Positions 20,491 through 29,357 of a stretch of DNA of 64,000 nucleotides are shown in pieces. Numbering within the stretch: the first letter of the stretch is position 1; every line of letters begins with the position of its first letter. Source of the stretch: a virus. A program made the translations under genes and the position numbers. The notes below the pieces were generated by a model. It had not been told where the DNA came from. It did not search any database and saw only the letters and a program-made list of their open reading frames with translations. The stretch is from positions 12,639-76,638 of the IMG/VR virus record IMGVR_UViG_3300003323_001224; one strand, 5' to 3'.

Positions 20491-21369
20491 ATGCTTCGCA
20501 TTTACAAGGACCTGAACAATATTTCACCCGAGCTGCGGAAAAAACTAAATGAAGAACTAAAAGCAGTAGGCAAGATTGTAAAATATAAGTTTTACATCGC
20601 AAAAAAGAACCCCGATCCCGAGCACAAGCCTAATGAAGAGTATCTCTATCCTGCTCTTTATACTCTTACCCCGGTCGTATTCTTTATCCCGGATGGAGAA
20701 GATAGGCGACAAGTAAGGATCGGACTGTTTGATACTATTGTGAGAAACAAAGATCAGGACGAGGAAAAATTCAATAGGGTGGCTTTGCATAATAGAGATG
20801 AAGGTATCCTAACCTTGGACCTGACACAACGAGAACATCAGGAGATGTTTGAATATTTGGAACTTCATCCGAAAAATGAAAATGGTTTTTTCCGAGATAA
20901 GAACATCCCTGCCATGTTCTGCCGTATCGATGAGCTAAAGGAAGCTAAACAACGTTTGCGTACACGGGAAATGAGGGGGCAGGCTATGATGGTGGCAACA
21001 AGATTAGACGAAGAAACGACGCGCAGTTTCGCCGCTGCAATGAACTGGAACGACTTGGATGACTATGAAATCTTAAAGGATAAGATCACTACACTAGCTG
21101 ATCAAGATCCTGAGTTTTTCAGAAAAGTAATTGATGATCCTTCTTTGGAGTTTAGAGCGACCGTCAAAAGAGCCATAGATGCAAATATTGTTAGTTGGCA
21201 TCCGGCTGAAGGTAAATTAACCTGGACCTCTAATAATGGCACTATTTGCGTATTAGATCGTAACAGTGCCGAAAAATATATTGAATCATTGGGCGAATGG
21301 CTAATGACCTCTAAGAACGGCCCTGAAACATTTAAAAAGATCAAAGCACTTCTTAGCGGCAAGGCCTAG
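20491..21369 (+). CDS. Conserved post-capsid protein (crAss gene 75-like position)
   Basis: 292 aa directly after MCP; FEYLELHP motif. Confidence 0.45.
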   Translation: MLRIYKDLNNISPELRKKLNEELKAVGKIVKYKFYIAKKNPDPEHKPNEEYLYPALYTLTPVVFFIPDGEDRRQVRIGLFDTIVRNKDQDEEKFNRVALHNRDEGILTLDLTQREHQEMFEYLELHPKNENGFFRDKNIPAMFCRIDELKEAKQRLRTREMRGQAMMVATRLDEETTRSFAAAMNWNDLDDYEILKDKITTLADQDPEFFRKVIDDPSLEFRATVKRAIDANIVSWHPAEGKLTWTSNNGTICVLDRNSAEKYIESLGEWLMTSKNGPETFKKIKALLSGKA

Positions 21370-21437
21370 CAATTGTTTAGATTTTGATTTTGGTTTATCG
21401 CTTTGTCTTCACCTGGCGATTTTATTAAAGATAGAAA

Positions 21438-22682
21438 ATGGCAGATCTGTCACAATACATATCTATTGCTGTAGTGTTGGACAAAAGCCAACCAAGCCCC
21501 ATTTTTCGTATTGTTGATAATAGCAACTATCCGCTGGGTGTGGCGCAAACGATTGCGGGGATCTTGAGTGTAACCCAGCCAGATAATATTACCATTCAGA
21601 ATACGGATTTCTCACAGCCAGATATATACTGGAATACGAGTGCCCTCGTACCTGCTGATCTTGAGCTGAGATTAGATAATACGGGCAGCTTCCAAAGAGG
21701 AGGCAGCGGCTATCGTATTATTTATACAGTTCGGGCGCCTGGGTATGATGATACTATTTTGACGAAAGTCTTTTCGCTTTCTTACACTCCTCCTGCCATT
21801 GTCATCACCAATAATTTTGATATATTCACGCCGGATCTATCCGTCCAAGATAGCACCAACTACAACCAATTATCCCTAGATTTTATTTCCGTTGTCAGGG
21901 CGTGGTTAGCGAACATTATTTCTGTTGAAGGCACCACGCAAATCATCAGCGGGACCGATCAGGTGTTCGATCTCAATTATCTTGGGAGTTACTACGACTC
22001 CCAATATGATATTACCCTATCCATCACTCCTCAATGGCGCTTACAGGGGACATCCAATTTTGTTACGATCATCGATGAATTGGCCGATGACATTACGCTC
22101 TATGCGCAAATACCGCCTTCATTAGCTGACCTACAAGTAGACCTTGCGACACTCAAAAGTGAACTTGATGCAGCAGTCTGTGATTGCAATTTATACCGCA
22201 TATTGTTTGATCGATACAATTTAGCTAATTCCATCTATTCGCAATTGGTGGCAAGAGGACAGGCAGGGTCGTTGTCTGGATTGGATGTATATATATATCA
22301 ACTGGAAAAGATTTTCAATAATAATGTTAACCCCACCTATGAAAACACGAATGAGATAATTCCGGCTTATGACTGGAATACCGGTGGCGGAGGCAGTGTG
22401 GCTTGGACCAATATAACCGGAAAGCCCAGTTCTATCACTGTTGAATGGGTCGTCGGGCAAATGGGGTATCCTGGTGAAGGGGCGACTACTTACACGAATA
22501 CTAATATGGTCAATGTACCCGTAAGTAGGATTTATGTTTTTCGAAACGGATTTCCGCAATTCTCCTCCAATCCGCCAGATGGAGACACCTATTACACTAA
22601 GAATCTTGCTGATAACTTCCTGACTTTTTCGGTAGCGTTGGGTCTAAACGAAAAAATTATCATACTCATACTTCCTCTATAA
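21438..22682 (+). CDS. Putative virion structural protein
   Basis: 414 aa, acidic and beta-rich, with a VAWTNITGKPS fibre-type repeat motif. Confidence 0.5.
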   Translation: MADLSQYISIAVVLDKSQPSPIFRIVDNSNYPLGVAQTIAGILSVTQPDNITIQNTDFSQPDIYWNTSALVPADLELRLDNTGSFQRGGSGYRIIYTVRAPGYDDTILTKVFSLSYTPPAIVITNNFDIFTPDLSVQDSTNYNQLSLDFISVVRAWLANIISVEGTTQIISGTDQVFDLNYLGSYYDSQYDITLSITPQWRLQGTSNFVTIIDELADDITLYAQIPPSLADLQVDLATLKSELDAAVCDCNLYRILFDRYNLANSIYSQLVARGQAGSLSGLDVYIYQLEKIFNNNVNPTYENTNEIIPAYDWNTGGGGSVAWTNITGKPSSITVEWVVGQMGYPGEGATTYTNTNMVNVPVSRIYVFRNGFPQFSSNPPDGDTYYTKNLADNFLTFSVALGLNEKIIILILPL

Positions 22683-25111
22683 TGAAGCTGTTTTTAACAT
22701 TAGTCTCCGTTATTTTTTGCTTTTTGGCACCGGGGCAAACCATTCAATACTTAGGGAGTCCAACGACTCAAATATATGTTCGAGGACAACTGCGCATTGA
22801 CACGGTGGTATATTTTCCTTTGCGGGATACTAATTTTACGCCTTCTCAGGTTGGTGCGCTCGTAGTAAAATCAACCGTGCCATATCTTTGGACCGGTACA
22901 AAATGGACGGCGATCGCTACAGGCAATCCTATATGGGGAACCCTGCAAGGAACGCTTGCTGATCAGACTGACCTGCAAAGCGCCCTGAACGCCAAACAAA
23001 ATAGTTTATCAGCAGGATATGGCATAAAGATAGCCACCAACACGGTTCTTTTCGATAGCGCTACTGTGCGTAAGGTAGATACGATCTATCGACAGAATGA
23101 TTCCACACTCATTTTTACGGTTAACGGCGCAACGAGATCAGTTTTGTTACGGGGGACTGCTGCGGGCGGCATTAATTCACTAGTACTTAATGTGCCTTCG
23201 ACGGTGTTTAGCGACCCGATCACTTTTAATAATACCGGAGGCGCATGGTCTGGAACCATGGCCCTGGTAAACCAGGATGCGAATACTTTTTTCGGTGGTC
23301 CCTCTATTGGGTCCCCTGGACAACCTTCTTTCAGAGCATTAGCAACGGCAGATCTACCCACTGGTATCCCTAATGCGAACTTGCAAAATGCTAGTATTGG
23401 CGTATCGATTGGCAGTAGCGGCACCAACATTACTGCCAGCCCCAGCCCTGTTGCATTAGGATCTACAATTACGATATCGATCCCGACCGCCAGCTCAGCG
23501 GCGAGAGGGGCGCTGACTGCAAATGATTGGACATTTTTCAATGGCAAACTAGATAGCATTCATATTTCCAATGATTCGGTTTACAATTGCGTAAATGGAG
23601 ATTGCAGCCTGGTAAGTGTGTTACCTATACTTACTGTCTCATTTAATCAGGGATTGTTCGATAGTGCAAATACTATACAATTGGGTGAACCTTTGAATGA
23701 GAGTGGGAATCCTGCTCAATTTTACCAGCATCGGGAAATTCCTTTAGGCGGTAAGTCTTTAACTTGGTGGGATACGGCCAATAACGTCCTGGGGGGTAGG
23801 TTGGTTTTGAATGACACCCAATATACCAGTCTAATAGGCAATGTAAAGGTGCAGATGCGGCAATTTGCCGATCGGGGCAACGATGCACATATGTGGAATA
23901 CATGGTATCCACGGAATTATACCACCTTGTATGCCGCCGGGAAACCGAATGGCGCTCCCATGAAGGCGCTTGGCTGGAGCTGGGGTTATTCGGAGAATAC
24001 ATCTGGAGGTCTCCCCGCACCGGATAATGTGTTTGGCGGCGGATATAATATTGTGAATGCCACTGCGCGCGCAGATACAGGGGACGCTGCCCTATCATTG
24101 CGGGTTGAAACAAATTTCAATGTACTGGGCACATACGGAGCCTTTGAAATGCATTGGCCTGAGTTGACGCGATTCAGTGGCACCCAACAACGGGTCAACA
24201 GCTGGTATTCAGATAAAACGACCGGAAATACTTTATGGGAAAGCAATCTAAACAACCATGAATACAAGAAAATCTTTCAGCATGTAGGAGAAGATTGGCT
24301 TCAATTCAATTCCAACGGGGATGACTATCCAAGCATAACGATGACGGGGACGCACAATGCTGGCATTGATGGATTGATACAAATGGTAGACAGCAACGGT
24401 CATTCAGTGCAATTGCGAAGCATTGATGGAGACTTTAGTTTTATACAAAACAGCGTATATAATACTCAGCCGCTTTATATTGATCCAAGTGCCATTATTT
24501 ATTTAAATAATCGCTTTACTAATGCCGCTCCCGTTGGCTACACCGTTATTGGCAATTATGATGACGGATCGCAGCCTTCTGGCGTAGCTACAGCGCAATT
24601 GGCTGTTACGAGTCAGCACAAGGGATTTTTGCCGCCCATCATGACGACCACACAGATGAACGCGATAACTTCTCCAGCAGCTGGGTTATGTATTATCAAT
24701 TCTACGGATAAACAATTGGCTGTTTTTTCCAATTTTTATTGGGAAACACATCCCGGATTAGTTGGCGAGGCGGATGTGACGGGGCAGACAGGTTCTGTTA
24801 ATTTGGTAACTTTTGAGCCGGTCACCAATGGAACATACCGGGTGGGTGGCTATATTACCATTTCGGCAATTTCTACAGACGTCATTCAATTACAGGTAAC
24901 CTATACCGATGAGACAAGCACCAATCGGACAGTTGCCTTTTATCCCATGGGCGCAGCAACCCCGAGCCTTTCCACAACTGGCTTTTATGTTTTTCCCACT
25001 GTGGATATTCGCGCTCAAGCGGCTAATCCTATTACGGTAAGCGCTACGCTTACCGTTGGAGGGGGTAGCATTACTTATGACGCAGGAGGTTCACTTATGC
25101 GTATAAAATAA
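22682..25111 (+). CDS. Tail fibre-like protein with N-terminal signal-peptide-like sequence
   Basis: 809 aa; WGTLQGTLADQTDLQSALNAKQ, FRALATADLP, RGALTANDWTFFNGK and KGFLPPIMTTTQMNAI fibre motifs. Confidence 0.6.
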   Translation: MKLFLTLVSVIFCFLAPGQTIQYLGSPTTQIYVRGQLRIDTVVYFPLRDTNFTPSQVGALVVKSTVPYLWTGTKWTAIATGNPIWGTLQGTLADQTDLQSALNAKQNSLSAGYGIKIATNTVLFDSATVRKVDTIYRQNDSTLIFTVNGATRSVLLRGTAAGGINSLVLNVPSTVFSDPITFNNTGGAWSGTMALVNQDANTFFGGPSIGSPGQPSFRALATADLPTGIPNANLQNASIGVSIGSSGTNITASPSPVALGSTITISIPTASSAARGALTANDWTFFNGKLDSIHISNDSVYNCVNGDCSLVSVLPILTVSFNQGLFDSANTIQLGEPLNESGNPAQFYQHREIPLGGKSLTWWDTANNVLGGRLVLNDTQYTSLIGNVKVQMRQFADRGNDAHMWNTWYPRNYTTLYAAGKPNGAPMKALGWSWGYSENTSGGLPAPDNVFGGGYNIVNATARADTGDAALSLRVETNFNVLGTYGAFEMHWPELTRFSGTQQRVNSWYSDKTTGNTLWESNLNNHEYKKIFQHVGEDWLQFNSNGDDYPSITMTGTHNAGIDGLIQMVDSNGHSVQLRSIDGDFSFIQNSVYNTQPLYIDPSAIIYLNNRFTNAAPVGYTVIGNYDDGSQPSGVATAQLAVTSQHKGFLPPIMTTTQMNAITSPAAGLCIINSTDKQLAVFSNFYWETHPGLVGEADVTGQTGSVNLVTFEPVTNGTYRVGGYITISAISTDVIQLQVTYTDETSTNRTVAFYPMGAATPSLSTTGFYVFPTVDIRAQAANPITVSATLTVGGGSITYDAGGSLMRIK

Positions 25112-25117
25112 AATGCT

Positions 25118-26398
25118 ATGAAGAAAACTCTCTTTATTATACTGTCTTTTTTGCAAACTTTATTAGTCGAGGGGCAGGACAGTCTTGTTCCTAACGGCAC
25201 AATCATTGGAAACCAAACGGCTATTCCCATACCTGTTGGTCCATCGGGTGCGGCGCTGGGGCAAGCCTTGATCTACTATCCGGATGATTATTTTCAGGCT
25301 CAAAATGCAAATAAAAGATATCCATTGTATGTATTTCTCCATGGCGCAGGAGAAGGGAGATATCTGAATATATCTGAGGTTACCAATACCTCTTTGCCCT
25401 ATTTAATCAAGGGTGGGTTAAAGCCATATGGCATAGATCAGCTAACAGGTGACACCATTAAATTCATTGTGATAAGTCCTCATTGTGCCCGGTGTAACGG
25501 CTCTTATTCTTATCCCCAACTCCAATATACAATACCTTACTTATTTAAGGCATATCGTGTGGATACTTCTTGTGTGTGGGTAGGTGGTCTCTCTGCCGGT
25601 GCACGCGGTACTTGGAGTGTAGTGATGGGGGGTAAGGTAGGCGATACGGCACTGGGCAAACGGATCACGGGCATTATGCCAATGGCCAACGGAGGATATG
25701 ACGAGTACCTTTCTTCGTTAGGTCCGAACCTTGATACTATTGCCAGGCGCGGCCTGGGTTGTCTATATGTGATTGGCGACCAGGACCCGGGCTATAACAG
25801 CATTGGTTTTTTCGCTTACCAAGCCGTTATGCGCAAATATTCATTGCCCGGTAGATATTTTGATAGTGTAATAATTGGCGGCACACACAGCGCCAATGTT
25901 TGGAATCCTCCTTTTTTATTGACCTCGCGGTTATGGTCGAAAATCATGAATGCATGGACGCAAATGTGGTCGATGAGGAAAAAAATGGATACATCGCCGA
26001 TACCCAACCCACTTAAAGCCAGGATATGGATCGACAGTCTTGTCATCCATTATCCAAATACTTCAGTGCAATTAGCGGACTCTTCTGAGGGAAAGCACAA
26101 TTTTGTCAGTTGGGGTGCAACAAATTATCCAACAGGATCGCCAGGTAGATGGGCAGGAGGGTATACCTTCTATGATATGCTTTACGCAAATTTAGTTGAG
26201 GGGGCATATAAAATTCAATTAGTGATAGGAGATAATTTCGGAAATACGGATACCGCCTTTGTCAATTTGAGAGTCTATGGGCCTCCGATTTGCCCGGTTC
26301 CCCGCACGTTAGTTGGATTGGAAATGACAATTATCAATGGCGCTCTAGCCTGGAAATTGACCTATTCTGATGGCTTCGTTGAAATTAAACAACAATAA
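25118..26398 (+). CDS. Secreted alpha/beta hydrolase (esterase/peptidase-like) with C-terminal PKD/Ig-like domain
   Basis: Signal peptide, YPLYVFLHGAGE, nucleophile elbow GLSAG, candidate catalytic D and H (GDQD, GGTH). Confidence 0.7.
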   Translation: MKKTLFIILSFLQTLLVEGQDSLVPNGTIIGNQTAIPIPVGPSGAALGQALIYYPDDYFQAQNANKRYPLYVFLHGAGEGRYLNISEVTNTSLPYLIKGGLKPYGIDQLTGDTIKFIVISPHCARCNGSYSYPQLQYTIPYLFKAYRVDTSCVWVGGLSAGARGTWSVVMGGKVGDTALGKRITGIMPMANGGYDEYLSSLGPNLDTIARRGLGCLYVIGDQDPGYNSIGFFAYQAVMRKYSLPGRYFDSVIIGGTHSANVWNPPFLLTSRLWSKIMNAWTQMWSMRKKMDTSPIPNPLKARIWIDSLVIHYPNTSVQLADSSEGKHNFVSWGATNYPTGSPGRWAGGYTFYDMLYANLVEGAYKIQLVIGDNFGNTDTAFVNLRVYGPPICPVPRTLVGLEMTIINGALAWKLTYSDGFVEIKQQ

Positions 26399-26399
26399 A

Positions 26400-26654
26400 A
26401 TGAATAATAATTTTTTTGCAGAATTTATTTCTCGTCTTGGGAAAAGCAACCCCAAATTCTTTGATTACATACAAATAGTCGCATTGGGCTTAGGTGCATT
26501 GTCCACTGCCTTCAAATTCATCGACGCGCACAACACCGTCTTGCCTGATTGGCTGCAATGGATTAAAAGTACAAGCGTGCTGATTGGAAGCGCCATTGCA
26601 TTGGTCATGGGGCAGTTGCCTAATAAGGATGTCAATAATCTTACAAAAAAATAA
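26400..26654 (+). CDS. Putative holin (two TM helices)
   Basis: 84 aa with two hydrophobic segments, near the endolysin. Confidence 0.55.
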   Translation: MNNNFFAEFISRLGKSNPKFFDYIQIVALGLGALSTAFKFIDAHNTVLPDWLQWIKSTSVLIGSAIALVMGQLPNKDVNNLTKK

Positions 26655-26657
26655 ACT

Positions 26658-27122
26658 ATGAGCCTGAAGTCATTTATTGCCGGTATATGGTCCGCTATTA
26701 AAGGACTATTTCATAATCTGGCTGAAGAAGAAAAAAAATTGCTACCGATCGTCATTGGTGTTGTGAACAACATTAAATATGTCACCGATACTCCTATCGC
26801 AGATGTTGTAACGGCTTTGATTCCCGGCGATGTGGATGATAAAATTCGGGAAAAACTGCAAGCTTTTTTACCGAAGATCTTACTGGAATTGAATATGCTG
26901 AATACGTGTCAGCAGCTGCCGGATACGAATGCTCAATTACAATGCATTCTGAATAACCTTAAACTATCCAGCGATCAGGCAAAGGATATTTACTATCATG
27001 GATTGGCTTCACTCATTCTCACTGAGCTTTCAGATGGGAAATTAAGCTGGTCCGACTGCACTGCCATCGCAGAGTATTATTATAAGAAGATTTGGAAAGA
27101 ACAACCCGCTCAGGCAGCTTAA
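26658..27122 (+). CDS. Hypothetical lysis-module protein
   Basis: 154 aa between holin-like and endolysin genes. Confidence 0.5.
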   Translation: MSLKSFIAGIWSAIKGLFHNLAEEEKKLLPIVIGVVNNIKYVTDTPIADVVTALIPGDVDDKIREKLQAFLPKILLELNMLNTCQQLPDTNAQLQCILNNLKLSSDQAKDIYYHGLASLILTELSDGKLSWSDCTAIAEYYYKKIWKEQPAQAA

Positions 27123-27126
27123 AAAT

Positions 27127-27153
27127 AGAGTCCTCATCAGGAATGACGAGGAC
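27127..27153. terminator. Hairpin AGTCCTCATCA/TGACGAGGACT, probable terminator
   Basis: About 11-bp stem; followed by CTATTTT on the - strand. Confidence 0.5.
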
Positions 27154-27222
27154 TAGTTTAAACCTAAACACCCGCTCTCAATGCTGAAAAGCGACTGTTA
27201 CTTCGTAAATATAGGGAAATAT

Positions 27223-27687
27223 ATGAAAGATCCAAAAAATCAGGCCATAATAGATCGCCTCCATCCTATTTTCCGTCCCATAGCCGTCAATTTTATAGAG
27301 GAGATTGAAAAAGATTTCGGCGTCACTATACATATTGATAGTGGATACAGGAGCTTTACTGAGCAACAGGGTATTTATAACCAAGGTAGAAGCAAGCCGG
27401 GAAAGATCATTAGTTGGGCAAAGCCCGGTAGTAGCTGGCACAATTATGGTTTAGCCATTGACATCTGTCCTTGGGCGGCGGATCATAGTAAGCTGGATTG
27501 GAACTATGATTTCAGTAAATGGCGCGCATGTGCGGAAAAGTATCGGCTGACGTGGGGTGGTAATTTCCCTAAAGGTAAAATAGATGAAGATCATTATGAG
27601 TACAAGGCGGGGTACACAATTAAGCAGTTATTACAAAAACACATTGCTGGCGATTTTATTCCCGGAACTGAATATGTAAAATTATAA
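27223..27687 (+). CDS. Endolysin, M15 family L-Ala-D-Glu peptidase
   Basis: SGYRSFTEQ..Y, SWHNYGLAID and DEDHYE zinc-peptidase motifs; start placed at MKDPKNQ (ORF track begins 27181). Confidence 0.85.
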   Translation: MKDPKNQAIIDRLHPIFRPIAVNFIEEIEKDFGVTIHIDSGYRSFTEQQGIYNQGRSKPGKIISWAKPGSSWHNYGLAIDICPWAADHSKLDWNYDFSKWRACAEKYRLTWGGNFPKGKIDEDHYEYKAGYTIKQLLQKHIAGDFIPGTEYVKL

Positions 27688-27935
27688 TGGAAGACAAGGA
27701 GCTGCTTATACGGCAAACGGTACTTATCGAAGAGATTGTAAAAAAAGTAACGATTATAGAGGGGCGTTTAAATCAGCTAAACGATGAAGAAGTGAGGGAA
27801 TTGGCGACACAGCAGGCGGTAATCAGCGAAAAGGTAGCACGTCTGGAAACCATAATCTATGGTGCGCTGAGTATCATTTTTATCCAAATAGTTGCATTAA
27901 TATTTTTATGGATACAAGCAGCGAAAAAAATTTGA
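27687..27935 (+). CDS. Coiled-coil protein with C-terminal TM helix (lysis accessory)
   Basis: 82 aa, coupled to the endolysin stop. Confidence 0.55.
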   Translation: MEDKELLIRQTVLIEEIVKKVTIIEGRLNQLNDEEVRELATQQAVISEKVARLETIIYGALSIIFIQIVALIFLWIQAAKKI

Positions 27936-28336
27936 TGGCTCAGATAGCTGAATTAAAGAAGGAGTCTATTCGGAACGCTCGTCCAATATTTGATGCGCTG
28001 ATAGCGCAATGCGTTGAAGCGGCTATAGTGGATATGAAGGATGGGACGATATTATACACCACCGAAGCTGCTCATAAGCTTTTTGGTTATGTCAATGGAG
28101 AAATAGATGGAGGGAACATTAAAATGCTGATGCCGGAGCGTTTTAGAACAATCCATGATGGGCATCTGATAAATTTTGCGCACAGTCCAAAACAAAGGGG
28201 TATGGGAGCTGCTGCCATGGATCTTTATGGCGTGACAAAGAAAGGAGAAGAATTTCGGATTGAAATCAGTCTCTATCCAGTCGAGGCTATCGGGCGGCAA
28301 TGTGTGGTAGTAACCTTTATGAGAACCAGGCAATAA
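27908..28336 (+). CDS. Stand-alone PAS-domain protein
   Basis: AAIVD..GTILYT.EAA.KLFGY..E..G.NIKMLMPERFR..H..GVTKKGEEFRIEISL, a FixL-type PAS signature; start may be 27935. Confidence 0.8.
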   Translation: MDTSSEKNLMAQIAELKKESIRNARPIFDALIAQCVEAAIVDMKDGTILYTTEAAHKLFGYVNGEIDGGNIKMLMPERFRTIHDGHLINFAHSPKQRGMGAAAMDLYGVTKKGEEFRIEISLYPVEAIGRQCVVVTFMRTRQ

Positions 28337-28587
28337 AAAGAGTCCCATTGCTGGGACTCTACCCTTGAAAACATACATGTATCTCGAAATAGCCATTAAA
28401 ATTCAAAAATAAAGTTGGATTTTCAAAAAATATTTTTTTCCTTTGCTGAGATATGAATTGTTGTAACACGATATTTGTTTTCTCATCCCTCCCGCCGCAA
28501 GTCGTTAGGCGACCGGGAGGGTAATGTTGTTTTTCTTCTGGCTGAAGAATACCCCAGCCCCGGCAGCAATGCTGGGGTTCTTTTTTT

Positions 28588-28663
28588 CGGGTAGTGCGGA
28601 AGTGGTCATCCTCCGTGCCTTGGAAGCACGGCAACGCTGGTTCGAATCCAGTCTACCCGACCA
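28588..28663 (+). tRNA. tRNA-Pro(TGG)
   Basis: Cloverleaf, CGTGC-CT-TGG-AA-GCACG anticodon arm, GGTTCGAATCC, encoded CCA. Confidence 0.9.
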
Positions 28664-28752
28664 GGAAGGTATGCCAGGCGGTTGGTAGCGCCAGCCTGTC
28701 TTGAAAACAGGAACCCATTCAGTTGGGCGGGGTTCGAATCCTCTGCCTTCCG
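28664..28752 (+). tRNA. tRNA-Ser(TGA)
   Basis: CCTGT-CT-TGA-AA-ACAGG, long variable arm, GGTTCGAATCC. Confidence 0.85.
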
Positions 28753-28760
28753 CAAATGAA

Positions 28761-28786
28761 AAGGGCACCTTGTTTTTGGTGCCCTT
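28761..28786. terminator. Hairpin AAGGGCACC/GGTGCCCTT between convergent units
   Basis: 9-bp perfect stem. Confidence 0.6.
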
Positions 28787-28807
28787 GTAGCGAGAGCGGG
28801 AATCGAA
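28787..28807 (-). repeat. Duplicate of tRNA-Met 3' end (att-like)
   Basis: GTAGCGAGAGCGGGAATCGAA vs GTAGCGAGATCGGGAATCGAA at 29260-29280 (20/21). Confidence 0.7.
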
Positions 28808-28838
28808 GCGGTGCTGCCCGATCATGCAGCCCAGGCTC

Positions 28839-29258
28839 CTATTGCACTTGCTCTGAACTTACATATTCCGGTCTATCAAACGCGTCTCTTCTACGACAAG
28901 ATATCTCAAAATTTTTCTTTTGATCGTTCCATTTTACTGTAATCATGAACTGTCCTGGTAGCCATTGCTGCTCTGTACAATGCAAATATCCGTGATCAGC
29001 CGGCGCATATCTGCCTGCAATGTAATAATAGATCGAGTCGCCTAATCCATGGCGCCTCTCTATTCGAACCCATTTACCAGGCGTTAACAAGATTCCGTTA
29101 AGCTCTTGTTCACCATGCAAGGCGCAGCCAAATTCGAGATACTTTTTGTCCAGGTTCATCACCCATAAAGTATCTACTTGGTTACACATTGTAGCAGAAT
29201 GCTGTGCGGATGCGGTGTAACTCATCAGCACAACAAGTACTGTTGCGATCATTCTCAT
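28839..29258 (-). CDS. Hypothetical secreted protein
   Basis: 139 aa with a Sec signal (..SYTASAQ). Confidence 0.6.
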   Translation of the reverse strand: MRMIATVLVVLMSYTASAQHSATMCNQVDTLWVMNLDKKYLEFGCALHGEQELNGILLTPGKWVRIERRHGLGDSIYYYIAGRYAPADHGYLHCTEQQWLPGQFMITVKWNDQKKNFEISCRRRDAFDRPEYVSSEQVQ

Positions 29259-29260
29259 AG

Positions 29261-29334
29261 TAGCGAGATCGGGAATCGAACCCGAGACCTTTGAGTTATG
29301 AATCCAATGCTCTTACCATCTGAGCTATCTCGCC
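29261..29334 (-). tRNA. tRNA-Met(CAT), elongator type (Ile2 not excluded)
   Basis: GGCGAGATAGCTCAG...TT-CAT-AA...GGTTCGATTCCCGATCTCGCTA. Confidence 0.85.
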
Positions 29335-29357
29335 TTTAAATGCAAGATAGCAAAAAA

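Noticed and set aside
27128-27153. CTGATGAG on the - strand as a hammerhead ribozyme core
   Set aside because: It lies within a simple terminator stem and no correctly placed GAAA core or three-helix junction was found
28359-28923. ORFs overlapping tRNA-Pro/Ser; likewise 35080-35430 and 38078-38513
   Set aside because: Shadow ORFs over tRNA genes
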